Shown here: positions 36,647-46,714 of the stretch, one piece after another
Numbering within the stretch: position 1 is the first letter of the stretch
Layout of the letters: each line of letters starts with the position of its first letter
Source of the DNA: Bacteroidota bacterium
Lineage (GTDB): Bacteria > Bacteroidota > Bacteroidia > Bacteroidales > DTGW01
Length of the DNA: 55,104 bases
NCBI GenBank assembly: GCA_020049015.1
Contig: JAIFLP010000036.1
Span: 1 to 55,104 of the forward strand
Direction: 5' to 3'
Made by a program: the position numbers and the translations under genes
Notes under the pieces: model-generated
What the model was told of the DNA's origin: nothing
What the model saw: the letters and a program-made list of their open reading frames with translations, nothing else
Databases searched by the model: none

Positions 36647-36746
36647 GATTTCTAAAGCCATTGCACTTTGCCCCCAATTGATAAAATGATATCATCCGAG
36701 AGATTTCTCACGCCGGAAAACGGCGATCGAAATGACGATTACGCTG
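36647..36746. repeat. Copy 2 of the ~100-bp direct repeat
   Basis: gatttctaaagccattgcactttgcccccaattgataaaatgatatcatccgagagatttctcacgccggaaaacggcgatcgaaatgacgattacgctg, 509 nt downstream of copy 1. Confidence 0.85.
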
Positions 36747-36756
36747 TTTTTTTGGG

Positions 36757-36807
36757 GGAGGTTGGAGAGGTAAAGGCGGCTCCGCCGCCTTTACCTCTCC
36801 AACCTCC
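36757..36807. repeat. Perfect 24-bp inverted repeat with a 3-nt loop
   Basis: ggaggttggagaggtaaaggcggc-tcc-gccgcctttacctctccaacctcc. Preceded by T7. Lies between repeat copy 2 and its inverted partial copy. Confidence 0.9.
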
Positions 36808-36817
36808 TGTGATACTT

Positions 36818-36864
36818 GCGATTGCCGTCATTTCGAACGCAGCACAGCGGAGTGAGAAATCTCT
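36818..36864. repeat. Inverted partial copy of the 3' half of the 100-bp repeat
   Basis: The reverse complement agagatttctcac-tccgctgtgctgcg-ttcgaaatgacg-gcaatcgc matches 36699-36745 (agagatttctcac-gccggaaaacggcg-atcgaaatgacg-attacgc) at both ends, with a different internal mini-hairpin. Confidence 0.75.
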
Positions 36865-36961
36865 ATAGCTTCTGTAAATTCTATAATTAATAATCAGGTA
36901 GCAGCCTGAAAAGATATATCCGACGGAAGCAAAGCCTACCGCCGAACAGGGGGTATAAAAT

Positions 36962-36990
36962 AAAAAAAACCGCCCTTTCGAGGCGGTTTC
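36962..36990 (-). terminator. Intrinsic terminator of the lipoprotein gene
   Basis: The minus strand reads gaaaccgcc-tcgaaag-ggcggttt followed by T8, 20 nt after the stop at 37011. Confidence 0.8.
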
Positions 36991-37010
36991 TTTATTTTGT
37001 TAAGAATATA

Positions 37011-37868
37011 TTATTCTTGAACTTTTACATTGATTTTGATTGAACCAGTAGCACCAGTAGTGATTTCGGCAATATGAATCAATCCTTTTTTACCAGCAGC
37101 AGTAACAAAAGAAACTACTGAACCTGTAGCAAGTTGAGTTATTTTTGAATCCGATGCAGAAACAGTAGCAATAACAGAATCATCAGTCATTGCAGTAAAT
37201 TCAGAAGCAGTAACAGTTGAAGTACTAAATTTGGTAGCATTTTTAGTAGCATATTCTGCACAAATAGCTAAATTACCTGCAGTACCACCAACTGTAACAT
37301 CGTTAGGAGCAGCTAAAGTTGCAAGATTTGAAGCGCCATAGAAATACACAAAATCAACAGAAGCTGAATTTGTTTTAGCTAAAGCTAAAGTATAAACTGA
37401 ATTTGAAACTGAAGCGTAAGCACTACCTGTAGTAGCATCTTGAGCACCTAATAATACTGCTGAATAAGATTTGATAGCATCGCCAGTTGAACTACCACCA
37501 ACAGTTATAGTGAATGTTTTGCTAGTTATTTGACCATCTTTATCAGTAGCTGTTACTTTAATAATTGTTTCAGCAACTACATCAGAAATTACTTGTTTGA
37601 TTACATAATTTTTGTCATCATCAAAAGTAGAAATTGTAGCTAAAGTTGTTTCGTCACCGCCATTTACTTGTAAAAATACTACTTTATCAAGACCCACTTC
37701 AGAAGTAACAGAACCATTAATTTCATAAGAACCATTTACAGCAGCAGCTGTATTTTGTCCATTAGAAAAAGAAACCTCAGGAGCAGAAGCAGTTTCTTCA
37801 GAGCAAGAAGTAACAAAAGAAGCAAAAGCAACAGAAGCTAATGCAAGAATAAAATTGAATCTTTTCAT
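37011..37868 (-). CDS. Lipoprotein of unknown function (Ala/Thr/Ser/Val-rich, probably two beta-rich domains)
   Basis: Start trimmed to MKRFNFILALASVAFASFVTSC (lipobox). No recognisable catalytic motifs. Confidence 0.6.
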   Translation of the reverse strand: MKRFNFILALASVAFASFVTSCSEETASAPEVSFSNGQNTAAAVNGSYEINGSVTSEVGLDKVVFLQVNGGDETTLATISTFDDDKNYVIKQVISDVVAETIIKVTATDKDGQITSKTFTITVGGSSTGDAIKSYSAVLLGAQDATTGSAYASVSNSVYTLALAKTNSASVDFVYFYGASNLATLAAPNDVTVGGTAGNLAICAEYATKNATKFSTSTVTASEFTAMTDDSVIATVSASDSKITQLATGSVVSFVTAAGKKGLIHIAEITTGATGSIKINVKVQE

Positions 37869-37979
37869 AATTATAAGATTTTGGTTAAACAATAAATTTA
37901 ATATCATATTTTAAAACTCATGCGAAAGTAATAAATAAATATCGATTTACAAACACCTTGCCACAAATTTTGTTCAACC

Positions 37980-39251
37980 TTATTTTAAAAAGCTAAGTAA
38001 TATACCTGCTGCCACGGCAGAACCAATTACCCCAGCCACATTAGGTGCCATAGCATGCATTAATAAGTGATTTGTAGGATCAGCACTTAAACCTACTCTT
38101 TGAGAAACCCTTGCACTATCAGGAACAGCAGATACTCCAGCATTTCCAATTAATGGATTTATTTTATTTCCTTCTTTTAAAAATAAATTCATAATTTTGG
38201 CAAATAAAACCCCACCTGCTGTTGCAAAAATGAAAGAAGCAGCACCCAGACCGAAAATCAATATCGATTGAGGAGTTAAAAATTTATCTGCCTGAGTTGA
38301 AGCGCCCACTGTTATTCCCAGAATTAAAGTTACAATATCTATCATAGAATTTGCTGCTGTAACTGCCAATCGTTTTGTTACACCACTTTCTTTTATTAAA
38401 TTTCCAAAGAATAACATACCCAATAAAGGTAATGCACTAGGCGAAATGAAAGTAGTTAATAATAGACCAATGATTGGGAAAATTATTTTTTCAAATTGTG
38501 AAACAGCTCTAGGTGGCTTCATACGAATGAGTCTTTCCTTTTTACTTGTGAATAATAGCATCACAGGTGGTTGAATGATAGGAACAAGAGCCATATAAGA
38601 ATAAGCTGCTATCGCAATAGCGCCTAATAAATCAATAGCTAAATTAGAAGCCAAGAATATAGCAGTAGGACCATCGGCACCACCAATTATACCTATTGCA
38701 CCTGCTTCTTGCGGCGTAAAACCAAGAATAAGAGCACCAATAAAAGTAACAAAAATGCCTATTTGAGCTGCCGCTCCTAATAACATAAGCTTAGGGTTAC
38801 TAATTAATGAGCTAAAATCGGTCATTGCACCAATACCTAAGAATATTAAAGGAGGATAAATTCCATTTTTAACCCCAAAATAGAGATAATTTAACACGCT
38901 ACCTTCTTCATAAATTCCAATTGAATAGCCTTCTTCAAAAGGTATATTACCAATTAATATACCGAAACCAATAGGAATAAGTAGCATTGGAGAGAAATCA
39001 AATTTCATTGCTAAAAATAGGAAAAACAGACCAACGCAAAGCATTATAATGTTACCCATAGTAACATTATAAAAACCTGTTGATCTCCATACCTTTAAGA
39101 TACTTTCTCTTACAGAATGATCTTGAGCTAAATCATCTATTTTTACGTCATCTAATCCAGTAGAAGCAAGCGCCAATTTAACTAGAGAAATAAAAAACAG
39201 CACTCCCAAAACAGTCAAAAACCTTTTCATATTCTGATTCATAACAAACAT
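37980..39251 (-). CDS. mmdB: Na+-translocating decarboxylase beta subunit (OadB/MmdB family)
   Basis: Polytopic membrane protein. Blocks LLIPIGFGILIGNIP, IGIIGGADGPT, GNAGVSAVPDSARVSQ. The start is uncertain (Met at 39251, 39242 or 39230). Confidence 0.88.
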   Translation of the reverse strand: MFVMNQNMKRFLTVLGVLFFISLVKLALASTGLDDVKIDDLAQDHSVRESILKVWRSTGFYNVTMGNIIMLCVGLFFLFLAMKFDFSPMLLIPIGFGILIGNIPFEEGYSIGIYEEGSVLNYLYFGVKNGIYPPLIFLGIGAMTDFSSLISNPKLMLLGAAAQIGIFVTFIGALILGFTPQEAGAIGIIGGADGPTAIFLASNLAIDLLGAIAIAAYSYMALVPIIQPPVMLLFTSKKERLIRMKPPRAVSQFEKIIFPIIGLLLTTFISPSALPLLGMLFFGNLIKESGVTKRLAVTAANSMIDIVTLILGITVGASTQADKFLTPQSILIFGLGAASFIFATAGGVLFAKIMNLFLKEGNKINPLIGNAGVSAVPDSARVSQRVGLSADPTNHLLMHAMAPNVAGVIGSAVAAGILLSFLK

Positions 39252-39261
39252 TTTACTTAAA

Positions 39262-39690
39262 TTACTGTAATTCAACCAACACATCATTTTGCAATACTGA
39301 ATCACCTGCTTTTACTTTTATAGAAGCAATTGTACCTGCCATTTCAGCCAAAATATTATTTTCCATTTTCATGGCCTCCATAGTCATTAATTTTTGTCCC
39401 ATAGTAATGGTATCACCTTCTTTAACAAATACCTGAATGATAATACCAGGTAGCGGTGATTTAACAGCCGTATTGGTTGTTTTTGAAGGTGATTTGGCAA
39501 TTTTCTTTTCCTTATCGGTTGGAGCAACTTCCTGACGCACAATAATAGGCGTTTTAGTAGTTTTTACTTCCTGCTTCATTTCCACTTCGTAAGTAGAGCC
39601 ATTTACTTCAACCTCTACCATGTTGCCTTCCACTTTTACCACCTCAACGTTAAAATCGCTGCCTCCGATGGCGAATTTAAATTTCTTCAT
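39262..39690 (-). CDS. mmdC: Biotin carboxyl carrier subunit of the decarboxylase
   Basis: 142 aa. The C-terminal biotinyl domain has MEAMKMEN. Confidence 0.85.
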   Translation of the reverse strand: MKKFKFAIGGSDFNVEVVKVEGNMVEVEVNGSTYEVEMKQEVKTTKTPIIVRQEVAPTDKEKKIAKSPSKTTNTAVKSPLPGIIIQVFVKEGDTITMGQKLMTMEAMKMENNILAEMAGTIASIKVKAGDSVLQNDVLVELQ

Positions 39691-39715
39691 AGAAATATTT
39701 TATTTCAATTATTAA

Positions 39716-40111
39716 TCATTTTTTTAAATACATATTATTCAATCCATAGATTTTAGAACTCCATGGTGAATAAGATTTAGACGCTTTCTTAATTGTCATG
39801 ATGGTATAATCTTCATCGTGAAAATCGGAAAAATAAAAATGTAAAGCCGTACCTATAGCAACGGTTACATCAGCGGTTAGACTTTTTGTTTTTAAATTTT
39901 CAACATTGGTATTCTTATCATTTTTACTACTGTTTTTAACTTTAAGATTTACATTTGATACCATCAACATAAGCTTAGGTATATTTGAAAAAATAGCTAC
40001 TAATAGCGCAAGAGCAATAAAAACAACACCCATCCCAATAATTACCACCCACCAAGCAAAGCTATCTACGGCTTCAGGTAAAAATTTAACTTCTAACAAT
40101 ATACTTAACAT
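39716..40111 (-). CDS. OadG-like small membrane subunit (MmdD-like)
   Basis: 131 aa. Single TM helix WWVVIIGMGVVFIALALLVAIF. Sits between the alpha and biotin-carrier genes. Confidence 0.6.
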   Translation of the reverse strand: MLSILLEVKFLPEAVDSFAWWVVIIGMGVVFIALALLVAIFSNIPKLMLMVSNVNLKVKNSSKNDKNTNVENLKTKSLTADVTVAIGTALHFYFSDFHDEDYTIMTIKKASKSYSPWSSKIYGLNNMYLKK

Positions 40112-40122
40112 AGTTTTATAAT

Positions 40123-41685
40123 TTATAATGGAATATTAGAATGTTTTTTGGGTGGATTGGTATCCTTCTTGGTTGCCAATGTTTGCAAGCCTCTGATGAT
40201 TCTGAATCTTGTATTGCGAGGTTCAATTACATCATCGATAAAGCCGTATTTTGCTGCCTCATAAGGATTGGCAAATTTTTCTTTATATTCATTTTCTTTA
40301 TCCTGAATATATTTCACCTTCTCACGTGGATCTTCAATCTCGCTTATTTTTTTGCCTTCAAGAATCTCAATGGCTCCTTTTGGTCCCATTACAGCAATTT
40401 CAGCTGTAGGCCAAGCGTAATTTAAATCACCACGAAGTTGTTTACAACTCATTACATCGTGTGCACCACCATAAGATTTTCTTAAAGTGATGGTAATTTT
40501 TGGAACGGTTGCTTCACCGTAGGCAAAAAGTAATTTAGCACCATTGGTAATAATTCCGCCATATTCTTGTTGACTTCCTGGTAAGAAACCTGGAACATCT
40601 ACTAAGGTTATAATTGGAATATTAAAAGCATCGCAAAAACGTACAAATCGAGCTGCTTTGCGAGAAGCTTCAATATCTAATACACCCGCAAGGAAATTAG
40701 GCTGATTGGCCACAATACCAGCTGGCATGCCATTAAACTTAGCAAAACCCACAACTATATTCTTTGCATAATGGGTATGGACTTCTAAAAATTCACTGTT
40801 ATCAACAATAGTAGCAATTATATCCTTAACATCATAAGGTTGATTTGGATTTTCAGGAATAATATCATTCAATGAATCATCAACACGGTCAATTGAATCG
40901 TTGCATTCGGTTTGAATGGGATCTTCTAAATTATTTTGTGGCACATATTGTATCAATTTACGTATCAGAAGCAAGCCTTCTTGTTCATCAGATACTTTGA
41001 AATGCGATACACCTGATTTAGCTGAATGCACCGTAGCACCGCCTAGATCTTCAGTTGAAATATCTTCGCCCGTTACGGTTTTTGTAACTTTAGGGCCAGT
41101 AACAAACATATAACTGGACTGATCGGCCATAAGTACAAAATCGGTTAGTGCTGGAGAATAAACAGCACCACCGGCACAAGGACCGAAAATAGCAGAAATT
41201 TGAGGAATCACCCCTGAAGCCATAATATTTCTTTGGAAAATTTCGGCATAACCGGCAAGTGACATAACCCCTTCCTGAATACGAGCACCACCGCTATCGT
41301 TGATACCTATAACAGGAGCACCCACTTTCATGGCCTGATCCATTACCTTACAGATTTTATTAGCAAATGTTTCGGAAAGAGACCCACCCATTACGGTAAA
41401 ATCTTGAGAAAAAACGTACACAACACGACCATCAATGGTACCATGACCTGTAACAACACCATCACCCAAATACTTTTCATTTTCCAATCCAAAATTGGTA
41501 CAACGATGGGTAACAAACATGTCAAATTCTTCAAAACTGCCTTCATCAAGCAATACATCAATACGTTCACGCGCGGTTAATCTTCCTTTGCTGTGCTGGG
41601 CTTCTATTCTTTTTTCACCACCTCCCAATTTGGCTTTGTTGCGCAATTCAATCAATTGAACTACCTTTTCTCTGCTGCTGCTCAT
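40123..41685 (-). CDS. mmdA: Methylmalonyl-CoA decarboxylase alpha subunit (carboxyltransferase)
   Basis: 520 aa. Typical acyl-CoA carboxyltransferase blocks: [62 protein letters not shown]. Confidence 0.9.
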   Translation of the reverse strand: MSSSREKVVQLIELRNKAKLGGGEKRIEAQHSKGRLTARERIDVLLDEGSFEEFDMFVTHRCTNFGLENEKYLGDGVVTGHGTIDGRVVYVFSQDFTVMGGSLSETFANKICKVMDQAMKVGAPVIGINDSGGARIQEGVMSLAGYAEIFQRNIMASGVIPQISAIFGPCAGGAVYSPALTDFVLMADQSSYMFVTGPKVTKTVTGEDISTEDLGGATVHSAKSGVSHFKVSDEQEGLLLIRKLIQYVPQNNLEDPIQTECNDSIDRVDDSLNDIIPENPNQPYDVKDIIATIVDNSEFLEVHTHYAKNIVVGFAKFNGMPAGIVANQPNFLAGVLDIEASRKAARFVRFCDAFNIPIITLVDVPGFLPGSQQEYGGIITNGAKLLFAYGEATVPKITITLRKSYGGAHDVMSCKQLRGDLNYAWPTAEIAVMGPKGAIEILEGKKISEIEDPREKVKYIQDKENEYKEKFANPYEAAKYGFIDDVIEPRNTRFRIIRGLQTLATKKDTNPPKKHSNIPL

Positions 41686-41703
41686 ATAATTTTATTTATC
41701 TAT

Positions 41704-42105
41704 TTATTTGCTGCAAAATTCTGTTAAAACCCCAAAAGTAGACTTTGGATGCAAAAAACCAATGTTCATATTTTCAGCACCTTTTCTTCCTGTTTTGTCA
41801 ATCAATGCAACGCCTTTAGCTTCTGCATCTTTGAGTGCTTCATTAACATCCTGAAATGCAAAAGCCAGATGGTGAATACCTGGACCTTTTTTTTCTAAAA
41901 ATTTTCCAATGGGACCTTCGGGATCGGTGGATTCGAGAAGTTCGATTTTTGTTTCTCCCACCATAAAAAAAGCTGTTTTTACTTTTTGATCAGCTACCTC
42001 TTCAACTTTATAACACTCAAGACCTAATACGTCTTCATAGTACTTAATAGTATCATTTAAATTGGTGACTGCGATTCCAATATGTTCAATATGAGATGGT
42101 TTCAT
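41704..42105 (-). CDS. mce: Methylmalonyl-CoA epimerase (VOC superfamily)
   Basis: 133 aa. IEHIGIAV, KIELLE, GPGIHHLAF, FLHPK. Confidence 0.85.
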   Translation of the reverse strand: MKPSHIEHIGIAVTNLNDTIKYYEDVLGLECYKVEEVADQKVKTAFFMVGETKIELLESTDPEGPIGKFLEKKGPGIHHLAFAFQDVNEALKDAEAKGVALIDKTGRKGAENMNIGFLHPKSTFGVLTEFCSK

Positions 42106-42228
42106 AAATGCTTGATTTGATTATTAGATTCTCAAATCTATAAACAAAAAAGCAGATTTATGTTATGATAGTTAATAAAATAACATTAAAAAATATATGT
42201 TTTATAACAGACAATAGTCTAAAAGTCG

Positions 42229-42282
42229 AAAGTCTTAAAGTCGAAAGTCAAAAGTCTTAGAGACCTTCGACCTTAAGACTTT
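42229..42282 (-). terminator. 21-bp hairpin immediately downstream of htpG, probably its terminator, built from AAGTC-type short repeats
   Basis: Arms at 42229-42249 and 42262-42282. There are 19 Watson-Crick pairs plus two positions that are A.C on the plus strand but G.U on the minus-strand transcript. The minus-strand sequence continues cgacUUUU. Confidence 0.5.
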
Positions 42283-42286
42283 TAGA

Positions 42287-44332
42287 TTATAACAGACTAA
42301 TACTTCTTTTAACAAATTTACTTAAATCCTCTCCTTTAAGCATGTTGTTTGCTAATAGAGCGAGATCGGTAAGTTGTTTGGTTAATGGGTGGTTTTTTCC
42401 AAAAGAATCGAGTTTTTGATCACGTTCAGTTTTTAGATCCGTGATTTTTTTATTCAATGTTTCTAAATTATCCTTATCTGTTTGCGGAATTTCATCGTAT
42501 TTTTTGTCTGCATTCACCTTATCTAAAGCATCATGTTCTTTTTGCAAATCGGCAATTTGATTATTTAGGTCGGTTAATTGCGGAGCTATTTGTTGCTCGG
42601 TATCAGATAATATTTTGTTAACAATAGGATGAACCGTATTTACTACAACATTATAAGAATCGGGCATTTCGCCATAAAAATTCATTCCGCCGCCCATAGC
42701 CGACATTTCTTTCATTCTGCGCATCCATTCCGATTGGGTAATGATAACAGGAGCATCATTTTCGGTCATATTTTCAAAAACTACATTGAATTGATCGCGG
42801 CTGTTAAAACAAGATTTAAAAACAGGAGAAAGAATCTCTTTTTGTTGCTCATTCAAATTCGATTTTTTATCCTCTGATTTTGGAATCAGATTGTCTATAA
42901 TATCAGAATCAACTCGCGCAAAACGGGCATCTTTTAGCTTTGATTCCATGTTGTTTATTAAATGAGCATCTAATTGGCCATCCATAACCAAAACATCATA
43001 CGCTTTATTTTTGGCAGCTTCAATAAAGGTAAATTGAGCGTCCTTATCGGTAGTATAAAGATAAACTACTTTTCCATTTTTATCTTTTTGTTCCGATTGA
43101 ATAAGCTTTTCATACTCTTCGATGGTGAAATATTTACCATCTACATTTTTAAATAGGAAGAATTTTTCGGCTCGTTCGTAGAATTTTTCATCGGTAATCA
43201 TACCATATTCAATAAATAACTTTAAACTATCCCATTTTGATTCAAATTCGCTTCTTTGATTTTTAAAGATCTCTTGTAATCTATCGGCCACTTTTTTTGA
43301 AATGTGACTTGATATTTTTTTCACATTTGAATCACTTTGAAGATAACTTCTGGACACATTCAATGGGATATCAGGGGAATCGAGTACCCCATGCAAAAGG
43401 GTTAAGAAATCGGGTACAATGCCTTCAACTGAATCGGTTACATAAACTTGACTGCAATAAAGCTGAATTTTATTTTTTTGAATCTCTATATTGCTTTTTA
43501 TTTTAGGAAAATAGAGAATACCTGTTAAGTTGAAAGGATAATCAACATTAAGATGGATATTAAAAAGTGGTTCTTCAGCAATTGGATATAATTCACGATA
43601 AAAGTTTTTGTAATCCTCATCCTTTAATTCAGAAGGCTTGATAGTCCAAGCGGGTTTAGTATTATTGATCACTTTTTCTTTATCGGTATCTTCATATTTA
43701 CCATCCTTCCATTCTTTTTCTTTACCGAAAACAATCGTAACTGGAAGAAATTTGCAATATTTTTTAAGAAGGTCATTAATTCTTGATTCCTCTGCAAATT
43801 CTTTAGATTCTTCTTCAATATAAAGGATAATATCGGTACCATTAGTTTCTTTTTGAGCAGGCTCTATAGTATAATCGGTAGAACCATCGCAAGACCACTT
43901 AATGGCAGCAGCTCCTTCTTTGTATGATTTAGTAATTAATTCAACTTTATTAGCCACCATAAAAGCCGAATAAAAACCCAAACCAAAATGACCAATGATG
44001 GCATTGGCTTGATTTTTATATTTTTCTAGAAACTCTTCAGCGCTTGAAAAAGCAATTTGATTGATATATTTATTCACTTCCTCTTCGGTCATTCCAATAC
44101 CCATATCAGAAATGGTAAGGGTTTTATTCTTTTCATCGAGATGAATACTAACCTTAAGGTTTTCAACCTCCCCTTTAAACTCACCGGTTGAAGCAAGTGT
44201 TTTAAGTTTTTGACTTGCATCAACGGCATTAGAGACAAGTTCTCTTAAGAATATTTCGTGATCGGAATATAAAAACTTTTTAATGATTGGAAAAATATTT
44301 TCCGTTGTAACGCCTATTTTGCCTGTTTGCAT
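42287..44332 (-). CDS. htpG: Molecular chaperone HtpG (Hsp90)
   Basis: 681 aa. FLRELVSNAVDA, IGHFGLGFYSAFMVA, LNVSRSYLQ. Confidence 0.95.
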   Translation of the reverse strand: MQTGKIGVTTENIFPIIKKFLYSDHEIFLRELVSNAVDASQKLKTLASTGEFKGEVENLKVSIHLDEKNKTLTISDMGIGMTEEEVNKYINQIAFSSAEEFLEKYKNQANAIIGHFGLGFYSAFMVANKVELITKSYKEGAAAIKWSCDGSTDYTIEPAQKETNGTDIILYIEEESKEFAEESRINDLLKKYCKFLPVTIVFGKEKEWKDGKYEDTDKEKVINNTKPAWTIKPSELKDEDYKNFYRELYPIAEEPLFNIHLNVDYPFNLTGILYFPKIKSNIEIQKNKIQLYCSQVYVTDSVEGIVPDFLTLLHGVLDSPDIPLNVSRSYLQSDSNVKKISSHISKKVADRLQEIFKNQRSEFESKWDSLKLFIEYGMITDEKFYERAEKFFLFKNVDGKYFTIEEYEKLIQSEQKDKNGKVVYLYTTDKDAQFTFIEAAKNKAYDVLVMDGQLDAHLINNMESKLKDARFARVDSDIIDNLIPKSEDKKSNLNEQQKEILSPVFKSCFNSRDQFNVVFENMTENDAPVIITQSEWMRRMKEMSAMGGGMNFYGEMPDSYNVVVNTVHPIVNKILSDTEQQIAPQLTDLNNQIADLQKEHDALDKVNADKKYDEIPQTDKDNLETLNKKITDLKTERDQKLDSFGKNHPLTKQLTDLALLANNMLKGEDLSKFVKRSISLL

Positions 44333-44422
44333 GGTATTAATATTTTAAGTTTTTTTTTTCGGAAGGAGTCAAATGTCATGCCAGCAGAAAAATAGCGACA
44401 AAATGTCATTTGCAAAATTAAT

Positions 44423-45232
44423 TTATTTAGCAGCCGGAGCTTTATTTTCTACGTTGTTTTTTTGCATCCAATAGCTCCCTGTGAAAGTAATAGCGTTGAA
44501 TGAGCCATCGGGACCATAGAACATAAAATTATTTTTTTGTAAAGGAGAAGCCGGAGCTAAATTGTCATAAACAATGATTTGGCGCAGCTTATCGTAAGTC
44601 AGGGTCATTTGCGCCATTTTTGCATACTGGAAGATGAGTCTGTCACATTGCATGCGATCAAATTTAATAAGAGGTGCACCAAAAGCAGGAAACCCTAGTT
44701 CATCGAACCAAAGAACATCAACTATTTTTTTATTGATGAGTAAATCGGAAGGAATGTAGCCTAATAATAAGAAGAGGGTATGGTTTTGAACATGAAAAGG
44801 GATAAAATCATAATACAAGGCACCATACCAATCAGGCATACTAATAATACCTTGTTTATTCAAATAAGTTAAATGGGTAGTTGATTGTTTAAAAACGGAG
44901 CCAGATTTTGAAAATTCAGACTGTATAAGGATATAATAATGAGTAAAACCTTGAGCATTCATATAAAAATTAAGCAATCTCACATCTGAAGATTTATTTT
45001 CAGCATAAAAATAATTGGCAGCAATGGAATTAGAATCATTTACAGCAAATCGTGATTTTAGAAAAGCGGCCATATCTTCAAAAAGCACATCGCTGGCTTG
45101 TTTTTTTTGATGTTCGGGAAGGTTTTTAGAGATTGAATCGAGGCGATTTGAAAACTCTATAAAGCTAGTCAACTGCGTAAAAGCATGAAGGTTTAAGAAA
45201 AGTAAAAGAAAAGTGAATACACGACACAGCAT
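44423..45232 (-). CDS. Secreted hypothetical protein
   Basis: 269 aa with a signal peptide. Lies 6 nt downstream of the LytTR regulator gene, so it is probably co-transcribed. Confidence 0.5.
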   Translation of the reverse strand: MLCRVFTFLLLFLNLHAFTQLTSFIEFSNRLDSISKNLPEHQKKQASDVLFEDMAAFLKSRFAVNDSNSIAANYFYAENKSSDVRLLNFYMNAQGFTHYYILIQSEFSKSGSVFKQSTTHLTYLNKQGIISMPDWYGALYYDFIPFHVQNHTLFLLLGYIPSDLLINKKIVDVLWFDELGFPAFGAPLIKFDRMQCDRLIFQYAKMAQMTLTYDKLRQIIVYDNLAPASPLQKNNFMFYGPDGSFNAITFTGSYWMQKNNVENKAPAAK

Positions 45233-45238
45233 GTAAAA

Positions 45239-45958
45239 TTAATTAGAGATAAGATTGAGTTCACTTAGCAGGTCATCGCGATAAGATTTACCAATTGGGA
45301 TGGCCTTTATGCCTTCGATGGTACGAAGGTAAATAGAATTTTCTTCGATATATTCAATACTGCTTATATTGACAACAAAAGAACGGTGAACGCGGAAGAA
45401 TTTTTTTGGATTTAATTTGTCGCAAACGGATTTGATAGTGAAATGCACTGTGAATTTATCGCGATATGTATTGAAGGTAACATAATTTTCTAAAGCTTCC
45501 ACCCAGAGGATATCTTCGTATTTGATGCGTACTAGGGAATTATTTCTTTTAATAAATAATTCTTCCTGACCATTTTCGATATTTCTGTTGTGATTACCAA
45601 GTGCTTTATCAACAGCTTTATAAAAGCGTGCATAAGCTATTGGTTTTAATAAATAATCAACCACATTAAATTCGAAAGCATGAAGAGCATAATTATCTTT
45701 ACCCGATACGATAATAATTTGAGGAGGATCCTGAAGGGTTTTTAGGAAATCGATACCTGACATTTCGGGCATTTCGATATCTAGAAAGATGAGATCGACC
45801 GTTAATTCATTTTTTTTAAGTGAATTGATTGCATCAATAGCATTTTCGAAAGTACCTACTAAATCTAGCGAATCAGTTTTTTTAACGAATTCACTTAGGA
45901 TTTTCAGAGACAATTTATCATCATCAACAATAATACAATTCATTGGCACAATAGTCAT
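45239..45958 (-). CDS. LytTR-family response regulator
   Basis: Receiver domain (IIVDDDKLSLKIL...DLIFLDIEMPEMSGIDF) plus a LytTR domain (FFRVHRSFVVN). The start is at Met 45958 or 45943. No histidine kinase is adjacent. Confidence 0.85.
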   Translation of the reverse strand: MTIVPMNCIIVDDDKLSLKILSEFVKKTDSLDLVGTFENAIDAINSLKKNELTVDLIFLDIEMPEMSGIDFLKTLQDPPQIIIVSGKDNYALHAFEFNVVDYLLKPIAYARFYKAVDKALGNHNRNIENGQEELFIKRNNSLVRIKYEDILWVEALENYVTFNTYRDKFTVHFTIKSVCDKLNPKKFFRVHRSFVVNISSIEYIEENSIYLRTIEGIKAIPIGKSYRDDLLSELNLISN

Positions 45959-46030
45959 GTTTTGTAGACTGTGTAAATTTAGTGGCAAATTTTGTAATTA
46001 AAAAATTATATATATTAAATTAGTATAAAA

Positions 46031-46708
46031 CTATTCATTATCCTTTTCTAAAAAATGGTTGACCAAAATATCTGATTTTCGAATTGATTTTTTCAGCCAA
46101 TTTAGATATAATTCATCATAATCCTTTTCATTCAAATGCCAATTTATATCGGAATTTCGGAGGCGTTCCATAATAGTATATAATATAATACCTGCTGAAA
46201 CGGAAAGGTTATAACTCTCGGTCATACCGTACATGGGGATTAGAATACTATCATCGGCATTATTGATAATAGTTTCAGACAAGCCTGTTCGTTCGGTTCC
46301 AAAAAAGATAGCGAGCTTATGATTTAGAGGGATGCTTTGAGGAGTGTTGTTTTTTTTATGAGGGCTGGTTGCAACAATTTTATATCCCTGTGATTTAATA
46401 TAATTAATGGCTGTTAAGGTATCGGTGTTTTTACTACCATATCGTATCATGTTGATCCAGTCGGATGCTCCTCTTACGATATCGAGATCGATTTGAAACT
46501 GATTTTTGGTTTCAATAACATGAACGTCTTTTATTCCAAGGCAATCGGCCGTGCGAAGAACCGCTGAAGCATTTTGAGATTGAAACACATTTTCAAAAGC
46601 AAGGGTGATATAGTTAGTTCGCTGAGACAAGGCCATTTGGAATGTATTCCTTCGTTCGTTGGTAAGAAAAGATTCCAAAAACGCGATTAATTTTTTTTCT
46701 GTTGTCAT
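46031..46708 (-). CDS. SpoU/TrmH-family RNA 2'-O-methyltransferase
   Basis: Start trimmed to MTTEKKL because the HU terminator occupies the longer N-terminal extension. Blocks NASAVLRTADCLGI, FGTERTGLS, IPMYGMTESYNLSVSAGIILY. Confidence 0.8.
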   Translation of the reverse strand: MTTEKKLIAFLESFLTNERRNTFQMALSQRTNYITLAFENVFQSQNASAVLRTADCLGIKDVHVIETKNQFQIDLDIVRGASDWINMIRYGSKNTDTLTAINYIKSQGYKIVATSPHKKNNTPQSIPLNHKLAIFFGTERTGLSETIINNADDSILIPMYGMTESYNLSVSAGIILYTIMERLRNSDINWHLNEKDYDELYLNWLKKSIRKSDILVNHFLEKDNE

Positions 46709-46714
46709 AGAGAT

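Noticed and set aside
36250-36868. Track ORFs 36250-36465 (-) and 36668-36868 (+), with proline/arginine-rich repetitive translations.
   Set aside because: They are translations of the tandem and inverted repeats (PVPERSRRA reiterated; a palindrome read-through). There is no start context or coding-like composition.
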